DNA of 64,000 nucleotides from Octopus vulgaris (lineage: Eukaryota). Each line of letters starts with the position of its first letter. The first letter of the stretch is position 1. Positions 1-12,594 of the stretch are shown one piece after another. The stretch spans positions 106,020,001 through 106,084,000 of the forward strand of contig OX597815.1 in assembly GCA_951406725.2 (NCBI GenBank), read 5' to 3'. Both the position numbers and the translations under genes were made by a program. The notes beneath the pieces were generated by a model. The model was not told the origin of the DNA. It ran no database searches and was given only the letters and a program-made list of their open reading frames with translations.

Positions 1-2267
1 TTATAATGGGTTTGTGAGTGAAAATCTGTTAATGAGACAGATTCCTTTTCTTTTGTATTTTGATATAGTCTGCTGTTGTGCATGACAGCAACAATATCTC
101 AGTTCGTATATGAAGTACTCCAGAGTAGGTCGTAGTTGAATCTTTTTAGTCAGCATTCTTTCAGAACTGAAGTATGATCTAGTCCTGCTGAGAACATCTA
201 CTCCGGTGTATAGTTTTGGCTATGATATAGATGTGTGTGTCACTCTGAGATTTCATCAGAACAGATTTTATGGCTGGATAGCCCATGAGAAATACTGTTT
301 TTGTCCAGATACAAATGTTACTACAGCTCTATATAGATATAATAACTGTTGTGCCTGAGCAGATTCATCTGATGTTAATGAAGCAGTTTAAAAACCATTA
401 TTTACCATTAGTCAGTTTCATTATCATTCCAGTAAGCAACTATGTCAACTATTATTATCTGCTAATTGTTTTTAATTTTGAAATGAGTTCTGTTGTCAGG
501 ATGATCAGCCTTTGGACACCCTCCTCTTCCACATACAAATGAGACACAGTATGTCATTGATGGTAGAATTGTGCTCAATTTGTAGAGAAAATATTCTCTT
601 TTTTAACAGCTGTTACTGTATGAAGCATTCTACTGGAGGAGATATTAATTTGATATTAGGAAGACATTAAACAGTTGTTCAAAAAATTATCATTAACAAT
701 ATATTCTGACATACTTAATATAACAACCAAATTATTGAGAAAAGTTATCATTAAATTATATTAATTTCTAAATGCAAAGTTCATATTAAAACAATTCATA
801 AAACCATTTTTTTTTCTTTTTTTGGTTTATGAAGTCTATCTGATATTTCCTTATACGTCTCCATTACCATATGTCTACATTCACATTCAATCAATATAGA
901 AGCTTGGGACTAACAGAGAGTATAATCCATTCCACCTCTCATTCAACAAAAATATGCCTATCAGATATTACAGGTGTAATATATATTATAAAATAGCTGT
1001 TTTAAATAATAAATATTAAAGACATTTTGAAGTTGAAATTGCAAATCATTAGCAAATAAATTAACAATTATTTAAAATTTATGTTTCCACCAGCTGCAAG
1101 GCTTAAGTAACCATAACTTAGTTTTAGATTCAGTAGTACTAAGCAAACAAAAGATAAGTCTTCTCCAAGATAAAACTAGCTTTTCTCTTTAGAACCAGAA
1201 AATAATTCAGCCCCCAACAACAGTTAAGTCTATAAAGCTATCTATCACTCTGTCACCCTATCTTTGTTGTTGCTAGTGGCACAATAAAATGCACCCAATA
1301 TTGTTTGTTAAGTATTGGGTTGGGAGGATCCTTTAGTCTTATTGAAGATGTGACAGCCTCTCTAGAGCTGTGCAATGAAAGAATGCATCCAGTAAAATCT
1401 ATAAAATGATTGGTGTTGGAAGGGCATCCAGCCATAGAGACCAAACTAAAAACGAAACTTCGAAGTCAGATGAGGTCCTTCAACACGTCTAGGTTACAAC
1501 CTGCCAAATCCATGTCAGCATGAAGAGCAGATACATCATCATCATCATCATCTCTGTTCGTGGGGGCAGTAAGTTGTATATAGAAGATTGAGAAGTGAGG
1601 GATGGTATCATATGTTTAGTTAAAAATAACAGCATTAATGTACAAAAGGAAGAGTATTGGAGTTATAATCTTTAGGTATACTAGAATTGATTGAATGCAA
1701 ATCATAGAGAGACCCATCAGTGCACACTAAAAGGAAATAATCTAACAGGAAACTGATTCAACAGATAGGAGATGAATACAGCCCACAGATGGGCAATTGT
1801 CATCTCAAATATGATCGATGTCTTTGTTAATCTCAAGATTATGATGTAATAGAGCATGACTACAGGAACTGCACTGCTTGATGGTTATTGAGGAAAGGGA
1901 ATGATTATGAATGTTTCCATCATCTTTGATATATTGGAAGTAAAGTGAGGGTGATAATTAAGTTGTTGGAATAGGTCAAAGAAATTTCTTTACTCAGGAA
2001 CGTGGTACACTGGTGTATAATGATTAAAGTAGAGACAGATAGAGGATTGAAGAGTTTAATGAAGAGAAGGTGACAGAAGGAACACCGTTATCTTAGTGGA
2101 TTGGAGTGCTGCAAAATGTAGGTAATAAAGATAGGCCAGATACAAAATATCACAGAAAAAGAAAGTTAACATTTATACTTGTAATTTCACTAATGATGGC
2201 AGTCCCATTTTTAATAGAAAATTAAGATAGTTCTTGTCACACTATACATTCATAAAGCCTTCCTTAA

Positions 2268-2449
2268 CCTTTTAGCATTTAAAACAGCCATATCCAGCCC
2301 AAATATCCTACTTGTTTAATGTTCAAACCAGCCAAATCCAACCTCTCACACCTAAAGTAAATAATCACGCCATTGAAATTTCAAAGTTACAAGATAATAC
2401 ATGATTAATTCAAAACAATGTAAATAAATAAGCATTACATTTGACAGGG
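2268..2449 (-). mobile_element. TTAA-flanked piggyBac-type MITE, reverse-oriented and slightly truncated copy
   Basis: TTAA at 2264-2267. The sequence is the reverse complement of the copies at 2535, 12099 and 56662. Confidence 0.65.
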
Positions 2450-2534
2450 TCAAGTGATTTCTTTCCAGGATAAATTGATTTAAAAAATGTGTTTTAGGTT
2501 TGGTTTCACCAACAGGGAACTTCAGGATATTTAA

Positions 2535-2754
2535 CCCCTTAGCATTCAGATCACTCAGTCAAATGTAATACTTATTTGTTCACATTTTTTAAAATTCATC
2601 ATACATTATCTCATAGCTTTGAGATATTGATGATATGTTTGTTCATTTGGGGAATGAGATCATAGAGTAGATGTGAGAGGCTGGAGCTGGCCAGTTTGAA
2701 CATAAAACAAGTAGAATCTTTGGGTCTGATATGGCCAGTTTGAATACTAAGCAG
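2535..2754 (+). mobile_element. TTAA-flanked piggyBac-type MITE (~220 bp)
   Basis: TTAA|CCCCTTAG...CTAAGCAG|TTAA, homologous to 12099-12318. Confidence 0.72.
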
Positions 2755-3133
2755 TTAAACATCCATCCCATTATCTTGTGTACAAAAGAAGCAGGTCAAG
2801 CTGCTAGCGTCAATGGTGGTAGTAACAAATATCCCCCATCACTTTCTCTCTCTTTCCCCTCTTTCTCTCTCCCCCCCTCTCCACACACACACAAGCATTT
2901 ATGGGACCACTTGTAATTGTTAAGTGCCATTTCCTCTTCTTAAAACCAATAAGAACTTAAGAAATTGGAATTCCATGTAGTTCTGGAGCGTTTTAAGTTG
3001 TCTCCTTAAGTATTACTTGTTAAGGGGCCTTGGTTTGAATTAGTCAGCTGTCCTTTTCACATAAGAGTTAAACAATAAATATGATAGCTATTTTATTGTT
3101 TTTTCTTATTTACCATGTGACTGGCATAATTAG

Positions 3134-4418
3134 TATGAAGTGTCAGCTGAAAAGTTCATAAGCTGACCAAAATATTCTCATGGAATGTGACTAAATGTCA
3201 CATAGTCTCCCTTGCAATTCACACACTTCTTCCATCAGTGTTACAGTGCTTGGATCCCACTGGTGAAGGAGCTTTCATCCTGTTGGTAAAAAAAGTCTTC
3301 AACAGCTGATATGATTTCATCATCACTGCTATACTGCTTCTCAACCAAATATTTTTTCATGTTGGGGAACAGATGATAGCCAAATGGGGCCAAATCAGGA
3401 GAATAGGGAGGGTGATCAACCAGTTCAAATTCACCATCATACAAAACAGTCCAACAGCTATTGAAACAAAGAATTTGTGTGCTGGAGCAATGTCCTGATG
3501 AAACAAGATTCTTTTCAACAGTTTGGTGTTTGGTCTTGATACTATTCATATCTTGGCATATGAATAGTTTGTTGGCATAGTGCTCTCCATTGATGGTGTG
3601 AACCTTCTGAAGATAATCAATAAACTCAATGCCTTTTGCATCCCAAAAAACTGAATTCATCACCTTCCCTCCAGATGAAACAGCCTTGGCCTTCTCTGGA
3701 GCAGGTGAGGAGGGCTGTTTCCACTGCATAGATTGTCTCTTTGTTACTGACTCAAAGTAATGAGCCCAAAACTGGTCCTGGGTTAGGAAACACTCCAGGA
3801 AACCAGCTTGATCTGCTTGAAACAATATCAGATTTTTCCATGATGTTGTCAGCCTGGTGTGCTTTTGATCAGGTGTCAGAAGACATGGCACCCACTGAGC
3901 AGAAACCTTCATCATGCCAAATTCATTTTGAAGAATATTCTCAACTCTCTCACAGGATATGCTAATAGCATTAACTATTTGATTAAAGTCAATCACCTGT
4001 CATCCATACCATATGGTGAACATTATCAGTGTTTTCCTCAGTGGTAGCAGCTGTAGGACTTTCAGACCTTGGATCATCTTCAAAATTCTTCCTTCCCTTC
4101 CTAAGTTCCACTGCCCACTTATCCACTGTTGATAAAGCTGGAGTGCCATCTCTTAATGCAGTAATCATATCAGTATGAATGTTCTTGGGGATTAAAACCT
4201 TTTTCTGCAGATACTTGATAACACAACAATGCCAAATTTTGTTCATTTTCAAGGGAAGTTGCTACTATTTACTTTTGAAATCTTCTTTGAACTGTCAGAT
4301 GTGAGTTTACCTGGAAAGGAACAAAGAAGAGTTGAAACTAATGCAGGCATAATTTCACGGCTCTAGCTAGCATCACTCCTTCATAGTCAGCTTATGAACT
4401 TTACAACCCAGCCCCATA
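3134..4418 (-). mobile_element. Near full-length (~1.29 kb) decayed mariner transposon
   Basis: TA-flanked TIRs sharing the AAAGTTCATAAGCTGAC core. ORFs 3989-4252 and 3241-3996 give an HTH region, WVPCLL (WVPHEL-like) and PYSPDLAP motifs. Frameshifted, and the third catalytic D is lost. Confidence 0.9.
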
Positions 4419-4633
4419 GTTCAGTTGATACACACTATAAGATTAAATAATCTTTAATTTATTTAAATCTCTGAACGAATATCCCATTCGTTAAATTTTC
4501 TTTTCATTCTCTCCAGTGAAAAGCCCTGAAATACTCTTTTTAAAAGGACATCCTTTAATGTAATGCTCCTTATTTCCATTTAAAAATATAAACACTTATT
4601 GTTAAATTTCCTGTTATTGTTTTTTACTTACAG

Positions 4634-4726
4634 ATAGCAGTCATTTACATGGCGACTCGACTTTTTTTAAACATTTCCCAGATATATTTACCCCTCTATG
4701 TTCTCGACACTATCCAACTAAATAAG
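4634..4726 (+). CDS. MFSD12: MFSD12-like transporter, internal exon A (IAVIYMATRLFLNISQIYLPLYVLDTIQLNK); upstream exons lie outside the window or were not found
   Basis: Acceptor ttacag, 93 nt, phase 0/0, donor AAG|gcaagt (GC type). The peptide resembles the MFSD12 segment recalled as YMTTRLIVNLSQTY. Confidence 0.88.
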
Positions 4727-5611
4727 GCAAGTCATTAATGTATTTTGTTTCTTTGTGTTTTGTATCTTTTTAAATTACTTGTTGGAAAGATTCTGATAGG
4801 AATGCCAAGAGGGATGTAACTGAGAGTGGAATGGGAACTGAGTAAACTGAATTTTATGGGAATTTTCAAAACAAAATGTTACTGATGTGTTCTATACACT
4901 AAGTCCAGTAAGAAAACTTCTCTAGTACTGGTACCCAATAAAATTCCATAGCCTACCATTTTACTTTTTGAGGTGGGCAAGTGTAAACCTAGTTTATTAC
5001 TCAGTTTAACACTACAATCACCCAGTTCATGGGTGTCTTTTGCCAGTTATTCTGTTGGAGTATTTAGACAGGTTTCAGGGTAACAAAGTATCTTGATGTC
5101 CTACTTCCTCTTGCACCGCCATTTACACAGTACTGTTATTTATAACTACAACTTGAGGTGATTCTCTAACAGAGCCCCAAAGCAGCCCTTGGCTCTGTGA
5201 GGGTCACTTAAAATGTTTGTCATGTTTACTGACAGGTTCACTTGAATTCATTGACTTCTAGTTGAGCTATTTATAAGGACCAAAGTCATTAATAGGAAAC
5301 TGTAATTTATGGTTCTCAGTTCCTGCAAAAATTATAGGTTGTTGCCCTTCATTTTAAAACTAAAAATATAGAAAAAAGAAAAACCTAATGATTACACTTG
5401 ATGTTGTCATCAATTTAACATCTATGTTACTGGGCTAGCCCAAGTTGGATGAGTTTGCTCACAAAAAAAGGATTTAAGTTTATGTATCAAACAGTATTTT
5501 TTAATATTTCTAAAATGCATGCATTATGTGAGGAGGGAGCATAATTTAGGTATTGAACTGTATTATGTTTAAATAATTATCTAAATGCTATACTCTGCTG
5601 TTTTATTTCAG

Positions 5612-5704
5612 AAATATATAGCCATTGTTCCTCTTGTGGTTTATATATTCAGTTTTTTAACTACATTAATTATGAAGATGGTTAATTCAACTATAGGAGC
5701 AAAG
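5612..5704 (+). CDS. MFSD12: MFSD12-like exon B (KYIAIVPLVVYIFSFLTTLIMKMVNSTIGAK)
   Basis: tttcag acceptor, AAG|gtaaga donor, 93 nt, phase 0/0. Resembles the MFSD12 segment KFIATIPLVMYLSGF..MK. Confidence 0.9.
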
Positions 5705-6419
5705 GTAAGATAGTTATCTTGAGAAACTTTCTGATTTGCCATATCTTCACCCTTCTTCCTCTAACTCTTTCATTCTCATTCTTGCCTCCTAGAATTCTTT
5801 CTCTCATTCTTTCATTCATTCATTAGACTAGTAATGGCATGTTGGTAGTCTAATCACAGCATGTATGGTTAATGAGTGAATATTTGCTTAGTAAATAAAT
5901 GGCCTTTGTTTTTATATGATGCAGATGTTTTGTGCATGTATATGTGTATAGCTACAGCACTATAACCATCATACATGCAACACTTTAATGAGTAGCTGTG
6001 GTAGTTACAAAATGTGTAGTTACTATGAGAAAAATTATGGATAAAGTTTTGTATTCAGGTTCTTTATTGAGAGAATTCCATGTGTGCAGTCCTTTCCTAT
6101 AAAAACTACTTTTACTATGACTACCACATTTCCTCTTTTTTTATTTTTGCTGACATACATCTTCATTATTTTCATGAGGGTCTTAACTACAGCTTTATAA
6201 TGTCAGCAACTTATCAGAGTTGTAATATTTTCTGGCCTAAAGAGGAATGCCGTTAGGAAAATTTCTATATGTGAAGTCATCATGAGTTTGTTGGGGATTG
6301 TGACACTTTTTATATCATGTGGCTTAGATATACATACACAGTGAGAAGTAGCAAGTTTCGATTAGGTGTTTCTTTGCTGATTAATAGTGCAAGTATTTGC
6401 ATTTAAAGCCATAAAAAAA

Positions 6420-7450
6420 AAAGACCTGGGAAGATGTGGGATGAGGTGGTGAAAGCCAATCTCAGGATGTTGTGACTCTCACAGAAGGGATGACACACTA
6501 TGCTTGAGAAAACACTGCCCAGCTACACTAGCTTATTGTGTCTAAGGCTCTTAAAGCATCATGTATATGCATACAACTGAGACCTTGCCAAGTCTACAGC
6601 TCTTGCTTCTTCCTTCCCTGCAGCACCCTTCCTTCATCTAAACAACTGGATCCCTGACAACATCCTCCTTGTTGGTATCTATCTCTTACTCTCTCCTCCT
6701 TTTAACTTTTCATCCTATCACTCAATCATCCTTCCATTACTCACTTATCCACTGTATTATTTTGCTGATGTAAGAAATGAAAGCAAAACCTGTTACTATG
6801 CACCATACCATATTGTCATCTCTGTACTACTAGTCACCACTCGCTCTTCTCTGTGCTACACTCAGTCAGTATCCATTTTTCATTCTTATCATCCCCCACT
6901 CATATTTACCATCCCAACTTCTGTTCATTATTCACAACATTCATCTCCTACATACATCTGACCTTCTCATTCTTTTACACTACCCATTCCCCCTTAGTTT
7001 ACTTTACCTATGCTCTGTTCTAAATATTTCTTGGACATCATTACCTTTTTTTACCTCTTTTTGGGTTCCACACCAGCTTTTCCCACCTGCCCTTGTAAAA
7101 TACAGGGTAACCATGAATCTCCTCCACAAACAGTAAACCTGTTCCTGCTCCCTGCATTATACTTTTACTGCTTAACAATTTGCTTAAAGCAACCACTCTG
7201 TCTTCTATACCTCTTCAAAGTTGAGGTCATTCTTCTATCTTGTAAGTTATAAGGTGACCTCATTAGGGCTGGTGCTATGAAAAAGTATCCAGTACACTTT
7301 GCAAAGTGGATGACATTAGAAAGGGCATCAACCCGTAGAAATCATGTGAAAACTGAGACACCTGTGCCTGAAGTGATCCTCAACCTTTTGGATCTAGTCA
7401 AAATGTTCATTTCATGCTAGCATGGAAAATGGTCACATGATAGTGGTGGT
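6420..7450 (+). mobile_element. RTE-LINE-related 3' fragment: ORF end, long pyrimidine-rich tract and conserved tail
   Basis: The KTWEDVG/WDEVV-type ORF end and the tail (AAGGGCATC...GCATGGAAAA) are shared with 43760-45650. The internal part is similar to 62000-62800. Confidence 0.55.
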
Positions 7451-8515
7451 AGTGGTGAAGGGAGCAGTGGTGACAGCCAAATAATCAAATATTTAATGGT
7501 GTTTAGAATAAAGTATAACAACAGTAAATACTCAAAATTTTGTAATTGAATTCAGTTTGAGTATATATTTTTTAATTTAACTTTTTTTTTCTCATCTTCT
7601 AATTGATAAAATTCCTCTGAAGTTGTTTTCTTATGTAAATCACTAGAGAAATCATATTTTCTCATATTCTACATTCATTTTCTTCTCTCCTTTTAACTTT
7701 TTCTCTTCCGCCATCTCCCCAAAATTTCCAGAATGAAATATTGTACTAAGCAATATCTTTTGTCATTATATCCAATGGCAAAAAGTAGTCTGGTAGTTGA
7801 CCTTGTTAGTGGCTAGATTTGAGAGAGAGGCAGGTAAGGAGGAAAGCAGATTAGGTTAGCTAGTAGTAAGAGAAATGCTAGTGTTGAGAAGTAAGTACAC
7901 GGGATTAAGTTATAATGACTGATCTGAATCTTATAAACCTGTTTTGGTTTGTGTGGTGGTGGGGACAACAAAATGTTTGTCTTGTGACAAATAAAAAGAA
8001 AAACATTGTAGTTGTCATTAACTAAAGCTGTAGACTGACAAAATCAGTTAAGCATAATTTTTTTTTATTTTATTTCTTTACAAAATTTCAGATCTTGGAG
8101 GTTGGGTTAACTTTATTTTTCAAACTTTCAGAGTTGAAAAGAAAAAAGTACTAGCAAAGTACTGGAATTGATTTAAACTATACTCCTCATCACAGTGCTA
8201 TAGCCTTGCACCTATGTTAAAAATCATCAGTATTATTAAAATCATTGGGTTTGTTGAGACACAAATATCAAGCAATATATATATAGTGCAACCTTTGCTT
8301 TGTGTTTCTTTATATCCAGAGTTCAAATCTCACAAATGTCAATATTACATTTTATCCCTCTAAGACCAGTTTAATAAGCACTAGTCTAGAAATATAGAGA
8401 TGATTAAATAATTCATTATGGGAAGCCCATCCCACCTCACCCTAACCTGATAGTGGCTTGTGAAGGGATGATGTTTCTGTATTCGGTATTATTTTATAGA
8501 AATTGATCATCAACT

Positions 8516-8870
8516 AAATTCACTCACAAAGCATTGGTTGGCATGGGACTATAGTAGAAGACACTTACCCAAGGAGTCCACTGCACAACACTTTGAGCAA
8601 GTGTCTTCTACTATAGCCCTGGGTCAACTAATGCTTTGTGAGTGAATTTGACAGACAGAAGCTTCGTGGAAACCATCTATATACCTGTGTATTTGTGTTT
8701 CTCCACCACCATCCCGCATACTGGTGTTAGTTTGTTTATGAACCTGTAACTTAGCAGTTTGGCAAAGAGACCAATAGAATAAATACCAGGCTTTGAAAAA
8801 AATATGTACTGGGGTTGATTTGTTTGCACAACTTGGGCACAGTCCAATGACTGAAACAAATGAAAGATAT
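8516..8870. mobile_element. Inverted SINE pair followed by SINE-derived sequence
   Basis: GAGCAAGTGTCTTCTACTATAGCC body motif is present in both orientations. Confidence 0.65.
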
Positions 8871-10160
8871 TTGAATGAGAATGCCATAATGATGATATGT
8901 TTGTATGCATGTTTTATATATAAGTATATATTATACATACATGTGTGTGTGTGTGTTCTATAGTGTTGGATTAACTGATTCCTTGTGAGTGAAATTTGGT
9001 AGATAGAAAGCATGTAAAAGCCCTTTGTGCATGTGCATATGAATGTGCATGTACACACACACCTTTGAAGCCACCTGGAATAAGAGATCTCTTACTTGAA
9101 AACAAGGAAGCAATAGGAAGAACAGAGCTGTAAAATAATGCCTCAATGACATATTCATCTAACCCATGCAAACATGGAAAAGCAGACATAAAACGAATGA
9201 ATGCTGATCATGATGATGGTGGTAACAATGGTGATGACAACAATGATGATATTCACACACATATACATACACACCTGTACACATTTATGGGTCCATATGT
9301 GTCAAGTCACATATGTTCATATCAAAAATGCAACAGAGACATTCAATACTTAGAAAGCAATGAACTATGCAAAACATTGATATCATTATGTGCAATTTGA
9401 ACACTTGAAGACAATGTCCCAGCTTGGCAATAGTCCAATGACTAGATTATATGCATTTTCTTCTTTTACTAGTTTCAGTCATTAGGCTGTGGGCACCATC
9501 TCCAAAAGTTGTCAGTTATATCATCCCCAGTACTTATTCTAGTGTGATACTTCTTTTATTGAACTCTGTTTGTTGAACCACTAATTTAAGGTAGATGAAC
9601 TGATACTATCTACATAAGCACTAATTGCTGGGATTCATATAACCAACTATATCTGTCTGCAAAACAATTTGTAACCTTATGCCTATAATTGAAATCATTA
9701 TTGATAAAATAATGCATTAGTAGAATCTTTACTTTGTCAGATAAAATGTCTCGTAGCAGTAAGTTATGGCTGGCTTTTTACATTCTGAATACAAATTCCA
9801 CCAAATCTGACATTGCCTTTCTTCCATTTTGGATCAGTTTTATGTACTTGTCAAATAATGACATTGATTTAATTGAGCTTTTCCTTCCTTGCAAAATTTG
9901 TGGCTTTATGTCCATGTAAGAAATCATTATTATAAAATGCAATTGAAAGCTTGATTCTGTTGCTTCTACCATAAAATACAACCAGATGTTTGATTCTGCT
10001 TGATTATGTTATAAAATGCAACCAAATGTTTAATCATTTTGAATATTTGCTTCATCTTTGACTTCACTATAATAATGACATGAAAAGAAATAAGTTACTT
10101 ATTTATTTCAGCAGTAATTCATCATCTTTTAATAAAACTAGTAATTTCAATGTATTTCAG

Positions 10161-10331
10161 ATGACATTTGTCATTGGACTTATCATATCACTGAGCTTCA
10201 GTATCTGGATTTTATTTATTCCAATTAATTCAATGCAAGTTTTTGGTGCTGCTGCTTTTAATGGTATTGGAGGTTCAATTATACTTATAACTTCTCTCTC
10301 TCTTACGACTGAATTGATTGCAACAAATACA
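10161..10331 (+). CDS. MFSD12: MFSD12-like exon C (MTFVIGLIISLSFSIW...GSIILITSLSLTTELIATNT)
   Basis: tttcag acceptor, ACA|gtaagt donor, 171 nt. Two hydrophobic helices and an ILVTSLAMTADLIG-like motif. Confidence 0.9.
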
Positions 10332-10431
10332 GTAAGTAAAAGCTTCAGACTTGTCTTTTTTATAATTCTACACCCCTCGACTCCATTTTCATCTTGGAGA
10401 TACAATCAATATCTACTTGTTGGGCCATTTT

Positions 10432-10541
10432 TTGTTGTTGTTGTTGTTGTTGTTTGTTGTTGTTGTTGTTGTTGCTGCTGCTGATGATGATGATGGTGGT
10501 GGTGGTGGTGGTGGTGGTGGTGGTGGTGGTGGTGGTGATGG

Positions 10542-10576
<35 letters not shown>

Positions 10577-10592
10577 CTGCTGCTGCTGCTGC

Positions 10593-10629
<37 letters not shown>

Positions 10630-10630
10630 G
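10432..10630. repeat. Compound trinucleotide microsatellite (GTT)(GCT)(GAT)(GGT)(GAT)(GCT)(GTT)
   Basis: Read directly; it produces the homopolymer ORFs in the track. Confidence 0.97.
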
Positions 10631-10827
10631 AATATTTGGTGTAGCCCATCTTTTATACCAAGACAAAACAATGTACATGATAACACTTCCAATCAGTTAA
10701 GAAGGGAAGCCATTAAAGGGTACACCAGGCACATGCTTCATAGCCATATGCACACAACATGGTGAAATCATATCAAGATTAACAGCATTATTGTTATTAT
10801 TATCGTAATCATCATCATCATTATTAT

Positions 10828-11075
10828 AGGTGAGCTGGCAGAATTGTTAGCACACTAGACTAAACACTTAGCGGCATTTCTTCCAGCGTAATATAGTAAG
10901 TTCAAATTCTGCTGAGGTAAACACTAGCATTTCATCTTACTAGATCATTAAATAAATACTAGTCAAGTATTGGTGGTTGATGTAATCAACTTTTCCCTCC
11001 TATAAAAATTACTGGTCTTGTGCCAAAATAAACAGGAATTGTAATGATTATCATTTATTATTATTATTATTAATA
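10828..11075 (+). mobile_element. tRNA-derived SINE with (ATT)n tail (GAGCTGGCAGAAT..TTAGC family)
   Basis: A-box-like TGGCAGAAT and B-box-like GTTCAAATTC; many copies in the window. Confidence 0.7.
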
Positions 11076-11090
11076 GTAGTAATTGTGGGG

Positions 11091-11121
<31 letters not shown>

Positions 11122-11129
11122 AATCCCAC

Positions 11130-12500
11130 TGATGGGCCTGAAGGCACAACATGGTAACAAAACCACAATCAGGTCTTTGAAGGATCAGAACAAGTGCATG
11201 CTGTTCAATCCTGAACAAATGTGCGCAGCATTCCAGCAGCACTTCATATTAGAGAGGACAGTGGGTTGGTGGTGGTAGCAGACTTCAGTTTGTACCTGGG
11301 TGGTCTGCCACAGCTCTTTGTAGTAGACATGGGGTTCTGTGAAAAGACAATAATTGCTGCAGAAATTCAGGAGGCAATGAGCAGTTACATAAGTCACAAT
11401 TCACCCAGAATCCAACCAGTTCATGCCTGATTTGTTTGACAGTCTCTTGGCAGATGTCTATGGTAACTGACAGCACATTTGGAGAATTCCTAGTGTTGTT
11501 AGCCAGGGTGTGGTAACACTGCTGGAAAAGGGGATGTGCTAGGAAATTTTCAGCCTATAACTCTACTTAACACGGAGTTTACGATTTTGGCTAAATTGTT
11601 AGCAAAAAGGTTGGCACTTGACATCCCTAGTCCTGTTAGGAGACTACAAATGTGCATAATCATGAATAAGTCTATCTACAACAACCTCGACCTCATACAT
11701 CATAGAGAATGCTGTGATGAAAGCTGACTATAGTGGGACCCTGATCAATTTGGACCTGTCTAAAGTATTCGATAGGGTTGACCATCATTATCTAGAAACT
11801 GGCCGGGTTCAGAACCATTTTCAGAGGTTGAGTTGCTGCAATGCACAGCGATGCCTGCTCAGTGTTCAAAGTAACTGTTCACCTATCAGAACCATTTCCC
11901 TTTACACACTCAGTCCACCAAGGTAGCCTGTTGTCACCTCTTCTGTATGTGCTGGCCCTTGAGCTATTGCTGTGGCATTTGGACAGTTGAGGAGCATCCT
12001 GTTCAAACTGAGACACAGGAAGGCAGTCTCGGTATATATGAACGAAATCAACATGGTATCAGTTGCCTCTGAAGTGGAAATGGTCAGCTCCATTTTAACC
12101 CTTTAGTGTTCAGATTACTCTGTTAAATGTAATACTTTTTCACTCAAATTGTTTTGAATTAATCATGCATTATCTTATAGCTTTGAGGTTTCAATGATGT
12201 GATTATTTATTTTTAGAATGACATTGTAGGGTAGGTGTGAGAGGCTAGATATTGCCAGTTTGAATATAAAACATGTGGAATTTCTGGGCCTGATATGGCC
12301 AGTTTAAACACTAAAGGGTTAAAGTAATATGAGTCAATGGCAGGAGTCAAAATTAGTGTTGACAAATCAGTAGGCTTGCTGCTGGACACCTGGGGATGTA
12401 GGTCAATGGCATCATTAGTTACTGGACTGATGGACCAGTTAAACTGCCCAGGGTCTGGTTCAATCCTGATCTTAAAATGGACAGGAATTGATGTGGCCTA
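11130..12500 (+). mobile_element. Decayed L1/Tx1-like non-LTR retrotransposon RT fragment, interrupted by a MITE
   Basis: FQPITLLNTEFTILAKLLAKRL and LDLSKVFDRVDH RT motifs, with frameshifts. Confidence 0.75.
12099..12318 (+). mobile_element. piggyBac-type MITE with TTAA target duplication
   Basis: TTAA|CCCTTTAGTGTT...AACACTAAAGGG|TTAA; the 12-bp TIR is perfect. Confidence 0.85.
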
Positions 12501-12594
12501 CTGGTGTGAAAATTTTCTCACATGTGCAGGAAAGGTGCTGTTACTTCCCACCTAAAGGATTTTACCCATGAGGAATTAGTTTTGGCAGGAAAAA

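Noticed and set aside
1-2200. Further upstream MFSD12 exons
   Set aside because: No segment with both splice signals and a recognisable MFSD12 peptide was found.
3241-3996. Intact or domesticated mariner transposase
   Set aside because: The second catalytic D is out of frame, the third D is replaced by G, and the N-terminus lies in another frame.
10360-10765. Poly-His/Gln/Val/Gly ORFs on both strands
   Set aside because: They are translations of the trinucleotide microsatellite inside an intron.
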